Of a stretch of 64,000 nucleotides of DNA, positions 36,998 through 47,624 are shown in pieces. The stretch comes from Vicinamibacterales bacterium. GTDB lineage: Bacteria; Acidobacteriota; Vicinamibacteria; Vicinamibacterales; UBA2999. The notes beneath the pieces were generated by a model. That model had not been told where the DNA came from. It did not search any database and saw only the letters and a list, made by a program, of their open reading frames with translations. The position numbers were made by a program, and so were the translations under genes. The stretch spans positions 49,006 through 113,005 of the forward strand of contig JBFWOG010000017.1 of assembly GCA_050250645.1 (NCBI GenBank). Reading direction: 5' to 3'. Numbering within the stretch: position 1 is the first letter of the stretch; every line of letters starts with the position of its first letter.

Positions 36998-39634
36998 TCA
37001 GCCCTCCTCGCGCAGCACGGCCACCGGGTCCACGCCGGCGGCCCGGCTCGCCGGCAGGTAGGCCGCCAGCAGCCCCACGGCGAGCGTGGCCGCGCACGCC
37101 GCGGCCAGCGCCACCGGGTCGAGCGGCGACACGTCGAACAACAGCCCCGCGAGCACGCGCGTGAACGCCACCGCGCCCACGAGCCCCGCTGCCATCCCGC
37201 CGAGCAGCAGCGCCGCCGCCCCGCCGAGGATGCCCGAGACCACCTCGCCCCGGCCGGCCCCGAGCGCCATGCGGATGCCGATCTCCCGCCGCCGCGCTGC
37301 GACCATGTGCGCCAGGACCCCGTAGAGCCCGAGCGCGGCCAGTAGCGTCGCCACCGCCGCGAACGCCCCGATGATCCACGCCGGGCGCGTGGTCCCCGCG
37401 AACGTCCCCTCCCGGACCTCGGTCATCGTCGTCACCTCGCCGAGCGGCAGGCCCGGCGCGACCTCGCGGACGGCCTCACGCACGCCGCCGATGGCGGTGG
37501 CGGCATCGCCGTCCACGCGCACGATGAGCGTCGCCGCCGCGGTGGGCACCTGGGCCATCGCCACGTAGGCGACCGGCGGATCCGGCCGGCCGGGCGCGTC
37601 CACGCGCTCGGGCCGGATGACACCGACCACCTCGAAGGCACCCGCGTCGCTCTCGGGCTTCCCGTAGGCCGGGAACGTGAGCCGCACGACCTGCCCGATC
37701 GGGTCCGCGACGCCCGCCTGCTCGGCCACGCGCGCGGCCAGCGGCTCGTTGAGGACAACGACACGCCGCGCGCCTGGCGTGTCGCGCCGCGTCACGCCGC
37801 GCCCGGCCACGACGGGGATGTCGAACGCGTCGAAGTACCCGGGATCCACCCGCTTGAACCGCACCCCGAACATCTCGCCGCTGCCCACCTGCATGCCCTC
37901 GCCGTTGCCGATCCACCGCAGCGGCAGGTGCGACGTGAAGGCGGCCCGCCGGACGCCGGGCGCCGCCTCGACCCGCTCGGCAATCGCCGCGAACGCGCGG
38001 GCGGCGGCGTCCGCGGAGGGATAGAGGTTCTCCGGCAGGCTCGCGTCGATGGCCACGACGCCCGCGATGCGGATGCCCGACTCGACGGCCTGCAGGCGCA
38101 GCAGGCTCCGGAGCAGCAGGCCGGCGCCGCACACGAGGACCAGCGACAGCGCGACCTCGCCGACGACGATGAGCCGCCGCACGCGCGCCTGCCGGCCTGA
38201 CGATCCGCGGGCGCCCTGGTTGAGCCAGCCCGCGAGGGCGCCGAACCGCGTCTGGAGGGCGGGCAGGATGCCGACGCCAAGGGCCACGGCGACGACCGTC
38301 GCGCCGGTGAACGCCAGTACCCGCAGGTCGAGGCGCACGTCGGCGGTCGGGGGCAGGGCCTCGCGCACGAGCGGCCCGGCCGCGCCCAGCAGCCCGTATG
38401 CCAGGGCCAGGCCCGCGCCCCCGCCGAGGGCGCAGAGCACGACGCTCTCGGTGAGGAGTTGCGCGACGAGCCGCGCGCGCCCCGCCCCGAGTGCCGCGCG
38501 CACCGCCAGCTCCCGCCGGCGGGTCGCGCCCCGCGCGAGCAGCAGGTTCGCGACATTCGCGCACGCGATGAGCAGCACGAGCAGCGCGGCGCCAAACGCC
38601 ACGATGACCGTGCGCCGCAGGCGGCTCCCCACGAGCCACTCGTCGAGCCGGCGCACTTCGATCGTGCGGCCCGGCTGGCTGACGAGGGCCGGCGGCGAGA
38701 TCGCCCGGTCGGCGGCCGCCAGTTGCGCCATGGCCTGCTGCACGCTGGTGCCCTCGCGCAGCCGGCCGCGCACCGTCAGCCAGTGCATCGGCGAGTTCCG
38801 CTGCCCGGGCTCGAAGGCCAGCGGAACCCAGACGGCGGCGGCATCCCGGTCGAAGATGCCGGCCGGCAGGACGCCGACGATGCGGTACGGCCGCCCGTCG
38901 AGCCGCATCTCCTGGCCGAGCGCGCTCGCCGCGCCGCCGAAGTAGGCCTGCCACGCCGCGTGGCTCAGCACGACAACCGGCTCGGCCCCCGGCGCATCGT
39001 CGCCGGGCCCGAGCAACCGGCCGATCGCCGGGGAGGCGCCGTACACGGCGAAGTAGTCGGCGGTCACCGCTTGGCCGGCGACGCGCGTGGGCTCGCCCCG
39101 GCCACTGAGGGTCAACAGCGACGCGCGCTCCGCCGACAGGGCCTCGAACGCGGTCGTGCGGCTCCGCCACTCGAGGAACTCCCCCGTCGTGGTCGAGTTG
39201 TACCCGCCGGCGCTCGGCGCCTCGAAGACGCGGACGATGCGCGCGGCGTCCGGGTACGGGAGGGGCTTCAGGAGCACCGCGTCCACGAGGCTGAACATCG
39301 CCGCCGTGGCGCCGATGCCGAGGGCGAGCACGCCGATCACGACGGCGCTGAAGCCTGGCTGCCGCCCGGTTGCCGCGAGGCCGTAGCGCAAATCCCGGCC
39401 GAGGTGCTCGAGCCACCGCACGCTCCGGGCGTCACGATGCGCCTCCCGCACGGCGTCGACGCTGCCGAAGCGGAGGCGCGCGGCGCGGCGCGCCTCGTCG
39501 GGTGGGAGGCCGGACGCCAGCGCCTCGCGCTCGGCCATCTCGAGGTGCGCGCGCATCTCGGCCTCCAGCTCGCGGTCGAGCCGGCCGGTGCGCACGAGCG
39601 CCACCAGGCGGGCCACGAGCCGTCGCGGGCTCAC
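36998..39634 (-). CDS. ADOP-family duplicated ABC transporter permease
   Basis: LDRELEAEMRAHLE..ARRAARLRFG, ALGIGATAAMFS..LLKPLPY, IACANVANLLLARG, ends DPVAVLREEG. Confidence 0.94.
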   Translation of the reverse strand: MSPRRLVARLVALVRTGRLDRELEAEMRAHLEMAEREALASGLPPDEARRAARLRFGSVDAVREAHRDARSVRWLEHLGRDLRYGLAATGRQPGFSAVVIGVLALGIGATAAMFSLVDAVLLKPLPYPDAARIVRVFEAPSAGGYNSTTTGEFLEWRSRTTAFEALSAERASLLTLSGRGEPTRVAGQAVTADYFAVYGASPAIGRLLGPGDDAPGAEPVVVLSHAAWQAYFGGAASALGQEMRLDGRPYRIVGVLPAGIFDRDAAAVWVPLAFEPGQRNSPMHWLTVRGRLREGTSVQQAMAQLAAADRAISPPALVSQPGRTIEVRRLDEWLVGSRLRRTVIVAFGAALLVLLIACANVANLLLARGATRRRELAVRAALGAGRARLVAQLLTESVVLCALGGGAGLALAYGLLGAAGPLVREALPPTADVRLDLRVLAFTGATVVAVALGVGILPALQTRFGALAGWLNQGARGSSGRQARVRRLIVVGEVALSLVLVCGAGLLLRSLLRLQAVESGIRIAGVVAIDASLPENLYPSADAAARAFAAIAERVEAAPGVRRAAFTSHLPLRWIGNGEGMQVGSGEMFGVRFKRVDPGYFDAFDIPVVAGRGVTRRDTPGARRVVVLNEPLAARVAEQAGVADPIGQVVRLTFPAYGKPESDAGAFEVVGVIRPERVDAPGRPDPPVAYVAMAQVPTAAATLIVRVDGDAATAIGGVREAVREVAPGLPLGEVTTMTEVREGTFAGTTRPAWIIGAFAAVATLLAALGLYGVLAHMVAARRREIGIRMALGAGRGEVVSGILGGAAALLLGGMAAGLVGAVAFTRVLAGLLFDVSPLDPVALAAACAATLAVGLLAAYLPASRAAGVDPVAVLREEG

Positions 39635-39969
39635 GGCTTGGCCTCGAGGAAGCGCCCGACGAGGGCGGTGGCCTTTCTCCAGCTCTCCACCTCGCGGGCG
39701 AGCTGCTTCGCGCCGGCCCGCGTCAGGGCGTAGAACTTCACCTGCCGGCCCGTCTCGGACACGCCCCACTCGGTGCGAATCCACCCCTGCTGCTCGAGCC
39801 GGATGAGGGCCGGGTAGATCGAGCCCTGGCTGATCCGGACCTCGCTCTCCGCGACCTGCTCGATGCGGCGCGCCACGGCGTAGCCGTGCAGGGCGCCCAT
39901 GGTGTCCAGGGTCTTGAGGATCAGGAGATCCAGCGTGCCGTACGGAACTTCGGCCTTCTGTGGTGACAT
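39631..39969 (-). CDS. PadR family regulator (acidobacterial type)
   Basis: GTLDLLILKTL..HGYAVARRIEQ..GSIYPALIRLE..W..SETGR..KFYALTRAG. Confidence 0.95.
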   Translation of the reverse strand: MSPQKAEVPYGTLDLLILKTLDTMGALHGYAVARRIEQVAESEVRISQGSIYPALIRLEQQGWIRTEWGVSETGRQVKFYALTRAGAKQLAREVESWRKATALVGRFLEAKP

Positions 39970-40020
39970 GTCGCCTCTCGACAGGTGGAAGTGTCGATCG
40001 TCGACATATACGGCGTCAAG
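39969..40020 (-). promoter_or_regulatory. -35 TTGACG and two TGTCG-N5-CGACA palindromes (PadR operator candidates)
   Basis: TGTCGCCTCTCGACA 39969-39983 and TGTCGATCGTCGACA 39992-40006. Confidence 0.65.
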
Positions 40021-40083
40021 CCCCCCGTGGTTCAATGGGGGGCAGGACGCGGCGTTCGCCGAGGCGATGGAGGCCGGACGCGG

Positions 40084-40635
40084 CTAGCGCGCGGACGGCA
40101 GGCGCTTCATGATGTCGGCGACCGCCTCGTCGATCCGCTTCTCCATCACCGCCTGGTCGTCGATCACGCCGTCGACGCTGCCCTCGCCCCACCCGCGCCA
40201 GACGAGCGACTTCGTCCGCGGGTCGACCAGGTCGACGAACAGCGTGCCCGCCTGGTACACGTACGCCCGGCCGGCCGCATCGTCATACCGGTAGCCCGGG
40301 TCGATGTCGCCGCCTGCGACCTCCTGGGCGACGCTGGCGTGGTAGTGGACGACGAGATCGGGCGCATCCGCCGTGGTCTTCTCGAAGCCGCGGCGGGCCA
40401 GCTCGCGGTCGACGGCCGCGCGCACGCGGTCCTCGAAGAAGCGGTTGTTGTCGAGGCGCGGGTCGCCGGTGGTCACGCCGTCGCCCGGCGCCCACGCGTA
40501 GGTGCGGTACTGCCGGAGGTCGAGGCCGCGCTCGGCGAACGAGCCGACCGTGACCGACGCGCAGCCCGCGAGGAACAGCACGGCCGCCACCGCCGCGGCG
40601 CGCGCGAGGCGCGTGGGAAGGGTCTCCATGATCAT
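40084..40635 (-). CDS. DUF4136 family lipoprotein
   Basis: LAGC lipobox; YRTYAW, TGDPRLDNN, PDL..HYHA, GTL.VD.VD....LVWRG. Confidence 0.88.
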   Translation of the reverse strand: MIMETLPTRLARAAAVAAVLFLAGCASVTVGSFAERGLDLRQYRTYAWAPGDGVTTGDPRLDNNRFFEDRVRAAVDRELARRGFEKTTADAPDLVVHYHASVAQEVAGGDIDPGYRYDDAAGRAYVYQAGTLFVDLVDPRTKSLVWRGWGEGSVDGVIDDQAVMEKRIDEAVADIMKRLPSAR

Positions 40636-40651
40636 CTCCTGACGCCGCCCG

Positions 40652-41206
40652 CTAGCGACGAAGGGACGCGGGCAACTGCGCCAGCATCCGTTGAACGGCC
40701 TCGTCGATGGTGCGCGCCATCTCGTCGGGGTCCCCCAGCAGGTCCTTGACGCTGTTGGTCGCCCAGCCGCGCCACACGAGCTTGTCGGTGCGGGCGTCCA
40801 TGAAGTCGATGACCAGCGTGCCGGCCTCGGACGCGATGGTGTCCGGCGGGCAGTCCTCGCCGGCGCAGTAGCCGTAGGTGCGATCGGCGCGATTGATGTC
40901 GAGCTTCTCGGTGATGCTGGCGTGGTAGTGGATCAGCAGGTCGGGCGCCCCGCCCGTGACGAGCTGGATGCCACGGGCCGCGAGCTGGCGTTCGACGGCC
41001 CCCTGCACGCGGTCCTTGAACAGCGCGTTCTGGTCGAGCCGTGGATCCCCGGTCGGCAGCGCGTCCGCGGGCCCCCAGTCGTAGGTCCGGTAGGCCGAGA
41101 AGTCGAGCGCGCGATCGACGTGCGACCCGACGTCCATCGCCGACGCGCACGCCGTCAGCGCCGCCGTCGTGACCACCAGGGCCCCCAGTCGAAGCAGTCG
41201 TCGCAT
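40652..41206 (-). CDS. DUF4136 family lipoprotein (tandem paralog)
   Basis: LTAC lipobox; YRTYDW, TGDPRLDQN, GTLVIDFMD..T.KLVWRGW. Confidence 0.88.
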   Translation of the reverse strand: MRRLLRLGALVVTTAALTACASAMDVGSHVDRALDFSAYRTYDWGPADALPTGDPRLDQNALFKDRVQGAVERQLAARGIQLVTGGAPDLLIHYHASITEKLDINRADRTYGYCAGEDCPPDTIASEAGTLVIDFMDARTDKLVWRGWATNSVKDLLGDPDEMARTIDEAVQRMLAQLPASLRR

Positions 41207-41300
41207 GGTTGTGCCCCCGTGTGGTGACAAACGTTGTCGACCCCCCAGCCGGCACGTACGCCGCGCCTCGCCGCTGACGGTGTCGCTCGTCAGTATAGAT

Positions 41301-41316
41301 TGCGAAATTCGTGCCT
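41301..41316 (-). promoter_or_regulatory. Putative sigma-54 promoter of the DUF4136 pair
   Basis: Minus strand AGGCAC-GAATT-TCGCA, GG-N10-GC. Confidence 0.6.
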
Positions 41317-41437
41317 GGTGACACCCGACCCACAAATCCCGGAAATGTCCCCACAACCCGACGATTCCGCAGACGCTCCAGGCCCGGGCAGGTTGGCGCC
41401 GGGTTTCCGTCACGCGCGAAGGTGGCGCGCCGTGTGC

Positions 41438-42439
41438 CTACCTCGGCGCCCGCCCGTACCACACGCCGTCCGGCGAGTGCTCGACCTTGATCCGGCGGGT
41501 CAGCGTCCGCGACTCGAGGTCGATGACACCAACCGTCTCGTCGTCGGCCAGCGTCACGAACGCCGTCCTGCCGTCGGGCGCGATGTTGACGCCGCGCGGC
41601 GAACCGAGGTCGTCGAGCGTCCAGACGACCTTCCGCGCGCGGACGTCGGCCACGTGGATGCGGTTGGCCTCGGGGTCGCAGACGATCGCCGTCGTCCCGT
41701 CCGCCGACATCGCGAGGCGGTACGGCAGGGTGAAGCCGGTCAGGGTCGCGGTGATGGCGCCCGTTGCCGTGTCGATGACGCTCACGGTGCCGTCCTTGTT
41801 GCTCCCGGCCCACACCTCGCGGCCGTCCGGCGTCACCGCGATGCCCTCGACCTGCGGCGCCACCGGGATCACGCGGACGAGCGCCTTCGCCGACAGGTCG
41901 ATCTCGGACACGGCCCCGGTGCCGACATCCGACGTGAAGGCGCGGCGCCCGTCCGCGGTGACCGCCACCATGTGCGACCCCGCGGCGCCGGTCGGGATCG
42001 CCGCCTCGACCTCGCCGGACACGAGGTTCACGAGCACGAGCCTCTGGGTCGCCTCCGACGTGACCGCCACGCGCGTCTCGTCCCCGGGCAGGAACCACGC
42101 GCCGTGCGGCCGGACGTACTCCCCGAGGGAGATCGTCCTGGTCACCACGCCCTTCGCGACGTCCACCACGGCAAGCCCGTTGCCGGGCTTCCCCGCCAGC
42201 CCGTAGATGGTCACGACGGCCGTCCGGCCGCTCGGGGCGATCACCGCCTCGTGCGGCCCGTCACCCACCGCCAGCACGCGGGCGCGGTCGCCGTCGAGGT
42301 CGATGAGGGAGGCGCTGGCCGACGCCTGGTTGGCGACGATGACGAAGCCCGTTCGCAGGTCCGCGGCCGCGTCCACGCCGGGCGCGGTGACGGCGATGGC
42401 CACGAACAGTCCGAGGGCGGCAAGGCGGCGCATGGTCAT
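41438..42439 (-). CDS. YncE/YVTN beta-propeller repeat protein, exported
   Basis: Repeats VGDGPHE, PEGIAVTPDG-like (VEGIAVTPDG), GTVSVID, PRGVNIAPDG; signal peptide. Confidence 0.9.
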   Translation of the reverse strand: MTMRRLAALGLFVAIAVTAPGVDAAADLRTGFVIVANQASASASLIDLDGDRARVLAVGDGPHEAVIAPSGRTAVVTIYGLAGKPGNGLAVVDVAKGVVTRTISLGEYVRPHGAWFLPGDETRVAVTSEATQRLVLVNLVSGEVEAAIPTGAAGSHMVAVTADGRRAFTSDVGTGAVSEIDLSAKALVRVIPVAPQVEGIAVTPDGREVWAGSNKDGTVSVIDTATGAITATLTGFTLPYRLAMSADGTTAIVCDPEANRIHVADVRARKVVWTLDDLGSPRGVNIAPDGRTAFVTLADDETVGVIDLESRTLTRRIKVEHSPDGVWYGRAPR

Positions 42440-42559
42440 GCGCGCCAGTCTACCCGGCGGCGGGCGCCGGCGGGCCGCCGAGGGCCGCCAATCGCGGTGA
42501 CGACGGCCGGGACGGACGGCCGGCCCGCGGGCGGGCCCGGCCGGCCGCGCCCGGCGGGA

Positions 42560-44875
42560 TCAGAGGCTGGCCGACCTGAGCGCCGCCAGCACGCGCGCGG
42601 GCCGGAAGGGCACGCGCCGGAGACGGACGCCGGTCGCGTCGAAGATCGCGTTGGCCACGGCGGCGAGCACCGGCTTGCACACCGTCTCGCCGGCGCCGTA
42701 GTGCGGCAGGTCCGGGCGATCCGGGTCCGGGTCGCCGTTGACGATCACGATGTCGATGCGCGCGGGCGCGTCGGCATGCGTGAGCGTGGGATGCGTCCGC
42801 CAGTCCACGCTCGTCACCTTCTCGGTGTCGAAGCTGACCTCCTCGTGGAGCGCGCGGCTCAGGGAGTGGAGCGTGCCGCACTCGAGCGTGCGCCGCAGTC
42901 CCTCCGGGTTGACCACGAGACCGCAGTCGTGCGCGCACACGAACCGCTTCACCCACACCCGGCCCGTGGTCCGGTTCACCTCGACCTCGGCGATCTGCGC
43001 CACCACGGTCTGGCTGCGATAGGCATACGCGATGCCGCGCCCCGTGAGGATCTCCCCGTCGCCGCGCGGCCGCGGCGAGGGCCGCGGATCCCACGCGTAG
43101 GCCTCGGCCGCGGCCTTGACGACCGCGATCGACCGCGCCCGCTTGAACCCGCTGTCGTCGTCGGTCGCGCCGGTGAGCATCTGCAGGCGGAACGCCACCG
43201 GGTCGGCGCCGGCCGCCGCCGCGAGCTCGTCGATGAACGACTCCGACGCGAAGGTCACCTGCGGGCCGTTGGGGTCGCGCAGGTTGCCGGTCCTGAGCGG
43301 CGTCTCCCACACGAGCGGCAGGCTGACCACGTGGACCGCCTCGCGCCGGTTGGGGACGGCGTACATGTCGGAGGGCGTCGACGCGCCGCCGCGCGCGGGT
43401 GCCGCCTTCCGCTGGCCCGTGAGCTGCGCGATGAGCACCGTGTCGTGCTCGTTGTAACCGAGGTGGTTGTGGTCGGCGGCACGGGCCTCGTAGTCGAGGG
43501 CCACGACGCGGCCGGCGGCGTCGAGACCGCCGCGCATGCGCACGGCGTACGCCGGCCCCTTGGTGTCCCAGGCCGTCTCCTCGTGCCGCATCCACTGCAC
43601 GCGCACCGGGCGTCCCAGCTCCTTCGCCAGGAACGCCGCCTCGAAGCCCGCATCGTCGGCCGCGGTGCGCCCGTAGGCCTGCGAGCCGTCCATCCACACG
43701 ACGCGCACGCGGTCGCGCGGCATCTGCAGGAACTCGGCGACGCCGTTCCGGAGCCCGTACGACTTCATGTCGTTCGAGTAGATCGTCATCTGGCCGTCCG
43801 ACGGGTCGGCCGTGGCGTGCGCCGGGCCGAAGGCGGTGTGGCCCTGGAACGGGACCTCGTAGTCGGCCTCGACCACGCGCGCCGCGCCGGTGATCGCCGC
43901 GCCGGGGTTGCCCGTCACCGTGGGATCGGGGCTGTAGGTCGGCGCCGCCGCGCGCATGAACGTGAACAGGTCGTCCGAGGCCGGGAAGGGCGCGGTGGCG
44001 GGCTTCCGCCACTCGGCCTTCAGCTGCCGCGACGCCTGGATCGCCTGCTCCTCGCGCTCGCAGACCACGGCGAGGTAGTTGCCCTTCCGGACGACGCGGA
44101 CGAAGCCCGGGAGATCGCGGACCGACGACTCGTCCACGCTCACCAGTTGCGCCCCGGCCACCGGCGGCTTCACGTTGCGCGCGTGAACCATGCCCGGCAG
44201 CTTCACGCCGACGGCCCACTCGAGCGAGCCGTCCACCTTCGGCGGGATGTCGAACCGCTCGGGCGACTGGCCGGTCATCTTGAGGTCCTGCACCGCCTTG
44301 ATCGGCGCCTGCCCCGTCGTCTCGTTGGTGTTGCGGCCGGTGAGCGTGACGTTGAACCGACGGCCGCCGATGAGCTCGCCGTAGGTGACACGGCGCGAGG
44401 GGTCGCCGGCCACGGTGACGACGCCGTCGCGGACCGCGAGCGCGGCGACGGGCACCCCGAAGCGCGCCGCGGCCATCTCGAGCAGCACCCGGCGCGCCTC
44501 CGCGGCGACCCGCCGCATCGGCCAGCCGTCGGTCTGCAGCGCGTCGGAACCCCCTGAGCCCCCCTGGTCCACGGTGACGTCGGTGCTGCCCATCACGACG
44601 CTGGTGTGGTCGTAGGCGATGTCGAGCTCGTCGGACATCAGCTGCCGGAACGCGGTGCCCGTCCCCTGCCCGAGGTCGGTCTTGCCGACGTAGAACGTCG
44701 CGGTGTTGTCCGGGCGCACGACGATCCACGAGTCGAGCTGGTGGAAGTCGGGGTCGGGATACGGCCCGGCGGCCTGCGCCTCGGCCGACGCGAGCCAGTC
44801 GAGGCCCGCGGCCGAGATCGCGCCGGCGCTGACGACGAGCGCCCCCGAGGCCTTGAGGAAGTCGCGGCGCTTCAT
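42560..44875 (-). CDS. Xanthine dehydrogenase-family molybdopterin-binding subunit (IorB-like), Tat signal
   Basis: MKRRDFLK, GKTDLGQG, PGMVHAR, LGRPVRVQWMRHEE, ASESFIDELA, DCGLVVNP, GAGE..AVANAIFDATGVRLR. Confidence 0.94.
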   Translation of the reverse strand: MKRRDFLKASGALVVSAGAISAAGLDWLASAEAQAAGPYPDPDFHQLDSWIVVRPDNTATFYVGKTDLGQGTGTAFRQLMSDELDIAYDHTSVVMGSTDVTVDQGGSGGSDALQTDGWPMRRVAAEARRVLLEMAAARFGVPVAALAVRDGVVTVAGDPSRRVTYGELIGGRRFNVTLTGRNTNETTGQAPIKAVQDLKMTGQSPERFDIPPKVDGSLEWAVGVKLPGMVHARNVKPPVAGAQLVSVDESSVRDLPGFVRVVRKGNYLAVVCEREEQAIQASRQLKAEWRKPATAPFPASDDLFTFMRAAAPTYSPDPTVTGNPGAAITGAARVVEADYEVPFQGHTAFGPAHATADPSDGQMTIYSNDMKSYGLRNGVAEFLQMPRDRVRVVWMDGSQAYGRTAADDAGFEAAFLAKELGRPVRVQWMRHEETAWDTKGPAYAVRMRGGLDAAGRVVALDYEARAADHNHLGYNEHDTVLIAQLTGQRKAAPARGGASTPSDMYAVPNRREAVHVVSLPLVWETPLRTGNLRDPNGPQVTFASESFIDELAAAAGADPVAFRLQMLTGATDDDSGFKRARSIAVVKAAAEAYAWDPRPSPRPRGDGEILTGRGIAYAYRSQTVVAQIAEVEVNRTTGRVWVKRFVCAHDCGLVVNPEGLRRTLECGTLHSLSRALHEEVSFDTEKVTSVDWRTHPTLTHADAPARIDIVIVNGDPDPDRPDLPHYGAGETVCKPVLAAVANAIFDATGVRLRRVPFRPARVLAALRSASL

Positions 44876-45372
44876 GCCCGCACCGCCTTCCCGTCGGCCG
44901 GCTGCGCCCCGGCCATCGCCCGCGAGGCACGCCGGATCGCGGCCTGGATCCGGTAGTAGGTCATGCACCGGCAGAGGGTGCCGTTCATGCCCTGGCGGAT
45001 TTCCTCGTCCGAGGGGGTGGGGTTCCGATCGAGCAGCGCCTTGGCGGTCATGATCTGCCCGTTCTGGCAGAAGCCGCACTGGGGCACCTGCTCGTCGATC
45101 CACGCCTGCTGGAGGGGGTGCAGGGTGCCGCCGGTCGCGAGGCCCTCGAGCGTCGTGATTTCGACGTTCGCCGCCGAGGAGACCGGCCGCACGCACGAGC
45201 GCACCGCCTGGCCGCCGATGATGACCGTGCACGCCCCGCACTGCCCGAGCCCGCACCCGAACCGCGGCCCCTCGAGGCCCACGTCGTTGCGGAGCACGTA
45301 GAGGAGCGGTGTCGCGGGCTCGACGTCGACCACGTGGGTCCGGCCGTTGACCTTCAGAGAGAACTGGCTCAT
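44872..45372 (-). CDS. (2Fe-2S)-binding subunit (IorA/CoxS-like)
   Basis: FGCGLGQCGACTV..SC, QCGFCQNG, LCRC. Confidence 0.95.
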   Translation of the reverse strand: MSQFSLKVNGRTHVVDVEPATPLLYVLRNDVGLEGPRFGCGLGQCGACTVIIGGQAVRSCVRPVSSAANVEITTLEGLATGGTLHPLQQAWIDEQVPQCGFCQNGQIMTAKALLDRNPTPSDEEIRQGMNGTLCRCMTYYRIQAAIRRASRAMAGAQPADGKAVRA

Positions 45373-45476
45373 CGCGCGCGCCTCCGTCTGGTGGGTGTGG
45401 GTGCAGTCTGCCGTCTGGGTCGCCCGAAATCAAGCCGCGGACCGGCCGCGCCGCGCGGCCACGATACGATGGCCGG

Positions 45477-46553
45477 GTGTCCACCTTCCTGCGCCGGCAC
45501 GGCTGGCAGTTGCTGCTCGGCTTCGTCCCGTTTGCCGTCGGGCTGGCCTGGGCGGCGCCCGGGCGGAAGGTGGCGATCTTCGTCACGTCGGTGCTGGCGA
45601 TTCTCCCGCTCGCCGGCTACATCGGCCGGGCCACCGAGGAACTGGCGGACCAGCTCGGCGGCGGCATCGGCGGGCTCCTGAACGCCACCTTCGGCAACGC
45701 GGCGGAGCTCATCATCGGGCTGTTCGCGCTCTCGGAGGGGCTGACCGACCTCGTGAAGGCGTCGATCACCGGCTCGATCCTCGGCAACCTCCTCCTCGTC
45801 TTCGGCGCGGCGGCGTTCGCCGGCGGCCTCGGGCGCCCGGTGCAGCGCTTCAACCGCACCGCCGCGAGCATCGGGACCACGATGCTCCTGCTCGCGACGA
45901 TCGGGCTCGTCGTCCCCGCCGTCTTCCACCACATCGGCGCCGGCCGCGGCCTCGAGCTCCAGCTCGACACGGAGATCGCCGTCGTCCTGCTGCTCACCTA
46001 CGGCGCCAGCCTGGTCTTCACCCTGCGCACCCACCGCAGCCTCTACGGGCACCAGGACGAGCGGGCGGCGGCGCCGGCCCCGGCGGCGGGCGGGCGGATG
46101 CGGCCGCTGCTGCTCCTGCTCGGCGCCACGGCGGCGGTCGCGGTGGTGAGCGAGCTGCTGGTGGGCTCGGTGACGGAGACCGCCGAGGCGCTTGGCCTCT
46201 CGCAGATCTTCGTCGGGGTCATCGTGGTGGCGCTCGTCGGCAATGCCGCGGAGCACTACTCCGCCGTGACGCTGGCCATGGACGACCGCATGGACGCGGC
46301 CATCGGCATCGCGGTCGGGTCGTCCACCCAGATCGCCCTGTTCGTGGCGCCGGTGCTGGTGTTCGCCAGCTACGTCGTCGGGCCGCGGCCGATGGACCTG
46401 CTCTTCTCGACCTTCGAGCTGGTGGCCATCGGCGTGGCGGTGCCGGCCATCACCGTCATCGCGCACGACGGGGAGACGACGTGGATGGAAGGGGTGCAGC
46501 TGCTCGCCGTCTACACCATCCTCGCGCTGGCGTTCTTCTATCTGCCGGGCTAG
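45477..46553 (+). CDS. cax: Calcium/proton exchanger (CAX/ChaA family)
   Basis: GGLLNATFGNAAELII, GSILGNLLLV, VGNAAEH, GSSTQIALFVAP, WMEGVQLL. Confidence 0.94.
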   Translation: MSTFLRRHGWQLLLGFVPFAVGLAWAAPGRKVAIFVTSVLAILPLAGYIGRATEELADQLGGGIGGLLNATFGNAAELIIGLFALSEGLTDLVKASITGSILGNLLLVFGAAAFAGGLGRPVQRFNRTAASIGTTMLLLATIGLVVPAVFHHIGAGRGLELQLDTEIAVVLLLTYGASLVFTLRTHRSLYGHQDERAAAPAPAAGGRMRPLLLLLGATAAVAVVSELLVGSVTETAEALGLSQIFVGVIVVALVGNAAEHYSAVTLAMDDRMDAAIGIAVGSSTQIALFVAPVLVFASYVVGPRPMDLLFSTFELVAIGVAVPAITVIAHDGETTWMEGVQLLAVYTILALAFFYLPG

Positions 46554-46590
46554 GCGGCGCGCCGGACGGCGCCCGGACGGCGCGACATCC

Positions 46591-47511
46591 TCAGCCGGGC
46601 TCGACATCCTCGAGCACGTCGATGCGCACCCGCACGGCGGTCGCCTTCGGGACGATGCGGTCGCCGCGCAGGCGGATGGCGGCGCGCGTCAGCGCCGCGC
46701 CGAAAAAGAGGATGAGCGACGAGTAGTAGACCCACAGCAGCACCAGCACCAGCGACCCGGCGGCGCCGTAGGTCGAGGCGGGCGCGGCGTGCGTCAGGTA
46801 GATCGAGATGAGCGACTGGCCGGCGACGAACAGCACGGCCGTGATGGCCGCGCCGTGCCACATGTCGCGCCAGCGCAGCCGCACGTCCGGCAGGACCTTG
46901 AAGATCGTCGCGAAGAGCAGCGTCGCGACCAGCAGCGAGACGCCGAGGTTGGCGGTCGTGACCACGATGCCGGGCACGGGCAGCCACGCCTGCGCGAACT
47001 GGACGGCCGCGGCGACCGCCGCGCTGATCACCATCGACGTGAGCAGCAGGAAGCCGATGATGAGGACGAGCCCGAGCGAGACCAGGCGCGTCCAGAGGTA
47101 CACGACGAGACCGCTGCGGGAGGGCCGGGCCATGACGCCCCAGATCTCGTTCAGCGACGCCTGCATCTGCGCGAAGACCGTCGTGGAGCCCAGGAGGAGC
47201 GCGACCCCGCCCATAACGGAGGGCAGCAGCCCGGCGTCCTGGACGCGCGAGCGGCGGACCGCCTCCTGGACCGCCGCGGCCGCCTGCGTCCCGATCAGCC
47301 CGTCGATCTGCGACGCGACCTGGCCGCGTGCGGCGTCGTCGCCGAACACGGCGCCGACGATCGCGATCAGGATGATGAGCAGCGGCGCCAGCGAGAAGAG
47401 CGTGTAGAACGCCAGCGCGCCGGCGAGCTGGAAGGCGTTGCCGGACGACCAGAGCCCGAACGCGTCGCGCAGAAGCGCCAGGGTCCGGCGGCCCACAGGC
47501 ATGTTGGCCAT
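46591..47511 (-). CDS. YihY/virulence factor BrkB family membrane protein
   Basis: GALAFYTLFSLAPLL, LFATIFKVLPD, YGAAGSLVLVLLWVYYSSLILFFGA. Confidence 0.93.
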   Translation of the reverse strand: MANMPVGRRTLALLRDAFGLWSSGNAFQLAGALAFYTLFSLAPLLIILIAIVGAVFGDDAARGQVASQIDGLIGTQAAAAVQEAVRRSRVQDAGLLPSVMGGVALLLGSTTVFAQMQASLNEIWGVMARPSRSGLVVYLWTRLVSLGLVLIIGFLLLTSMVISAAVAAAVQFAQAWLPVPGIVVTTANLGVSLLVATLLFATIFKVLPDVRLRWRDMWHGAAITAVLFVAGQSLISIYLTHAAPASTYGAAGSLVLVLLWVYYSSLILFFGAALTRAAIRLRGDRIVPKATAVRVRIDVLEDVEPG

Positions 47512-47624
47512 TCGTCGAGCGGGATGTGTGCGAACGGATCCCAGCCTACCGCACCATCGCCCCGGCGGCCAACCGTCCACGGCAGGGCTGGCAGGCCGTC
47601 CGGCGCGCGCGCTACACTCCGCCC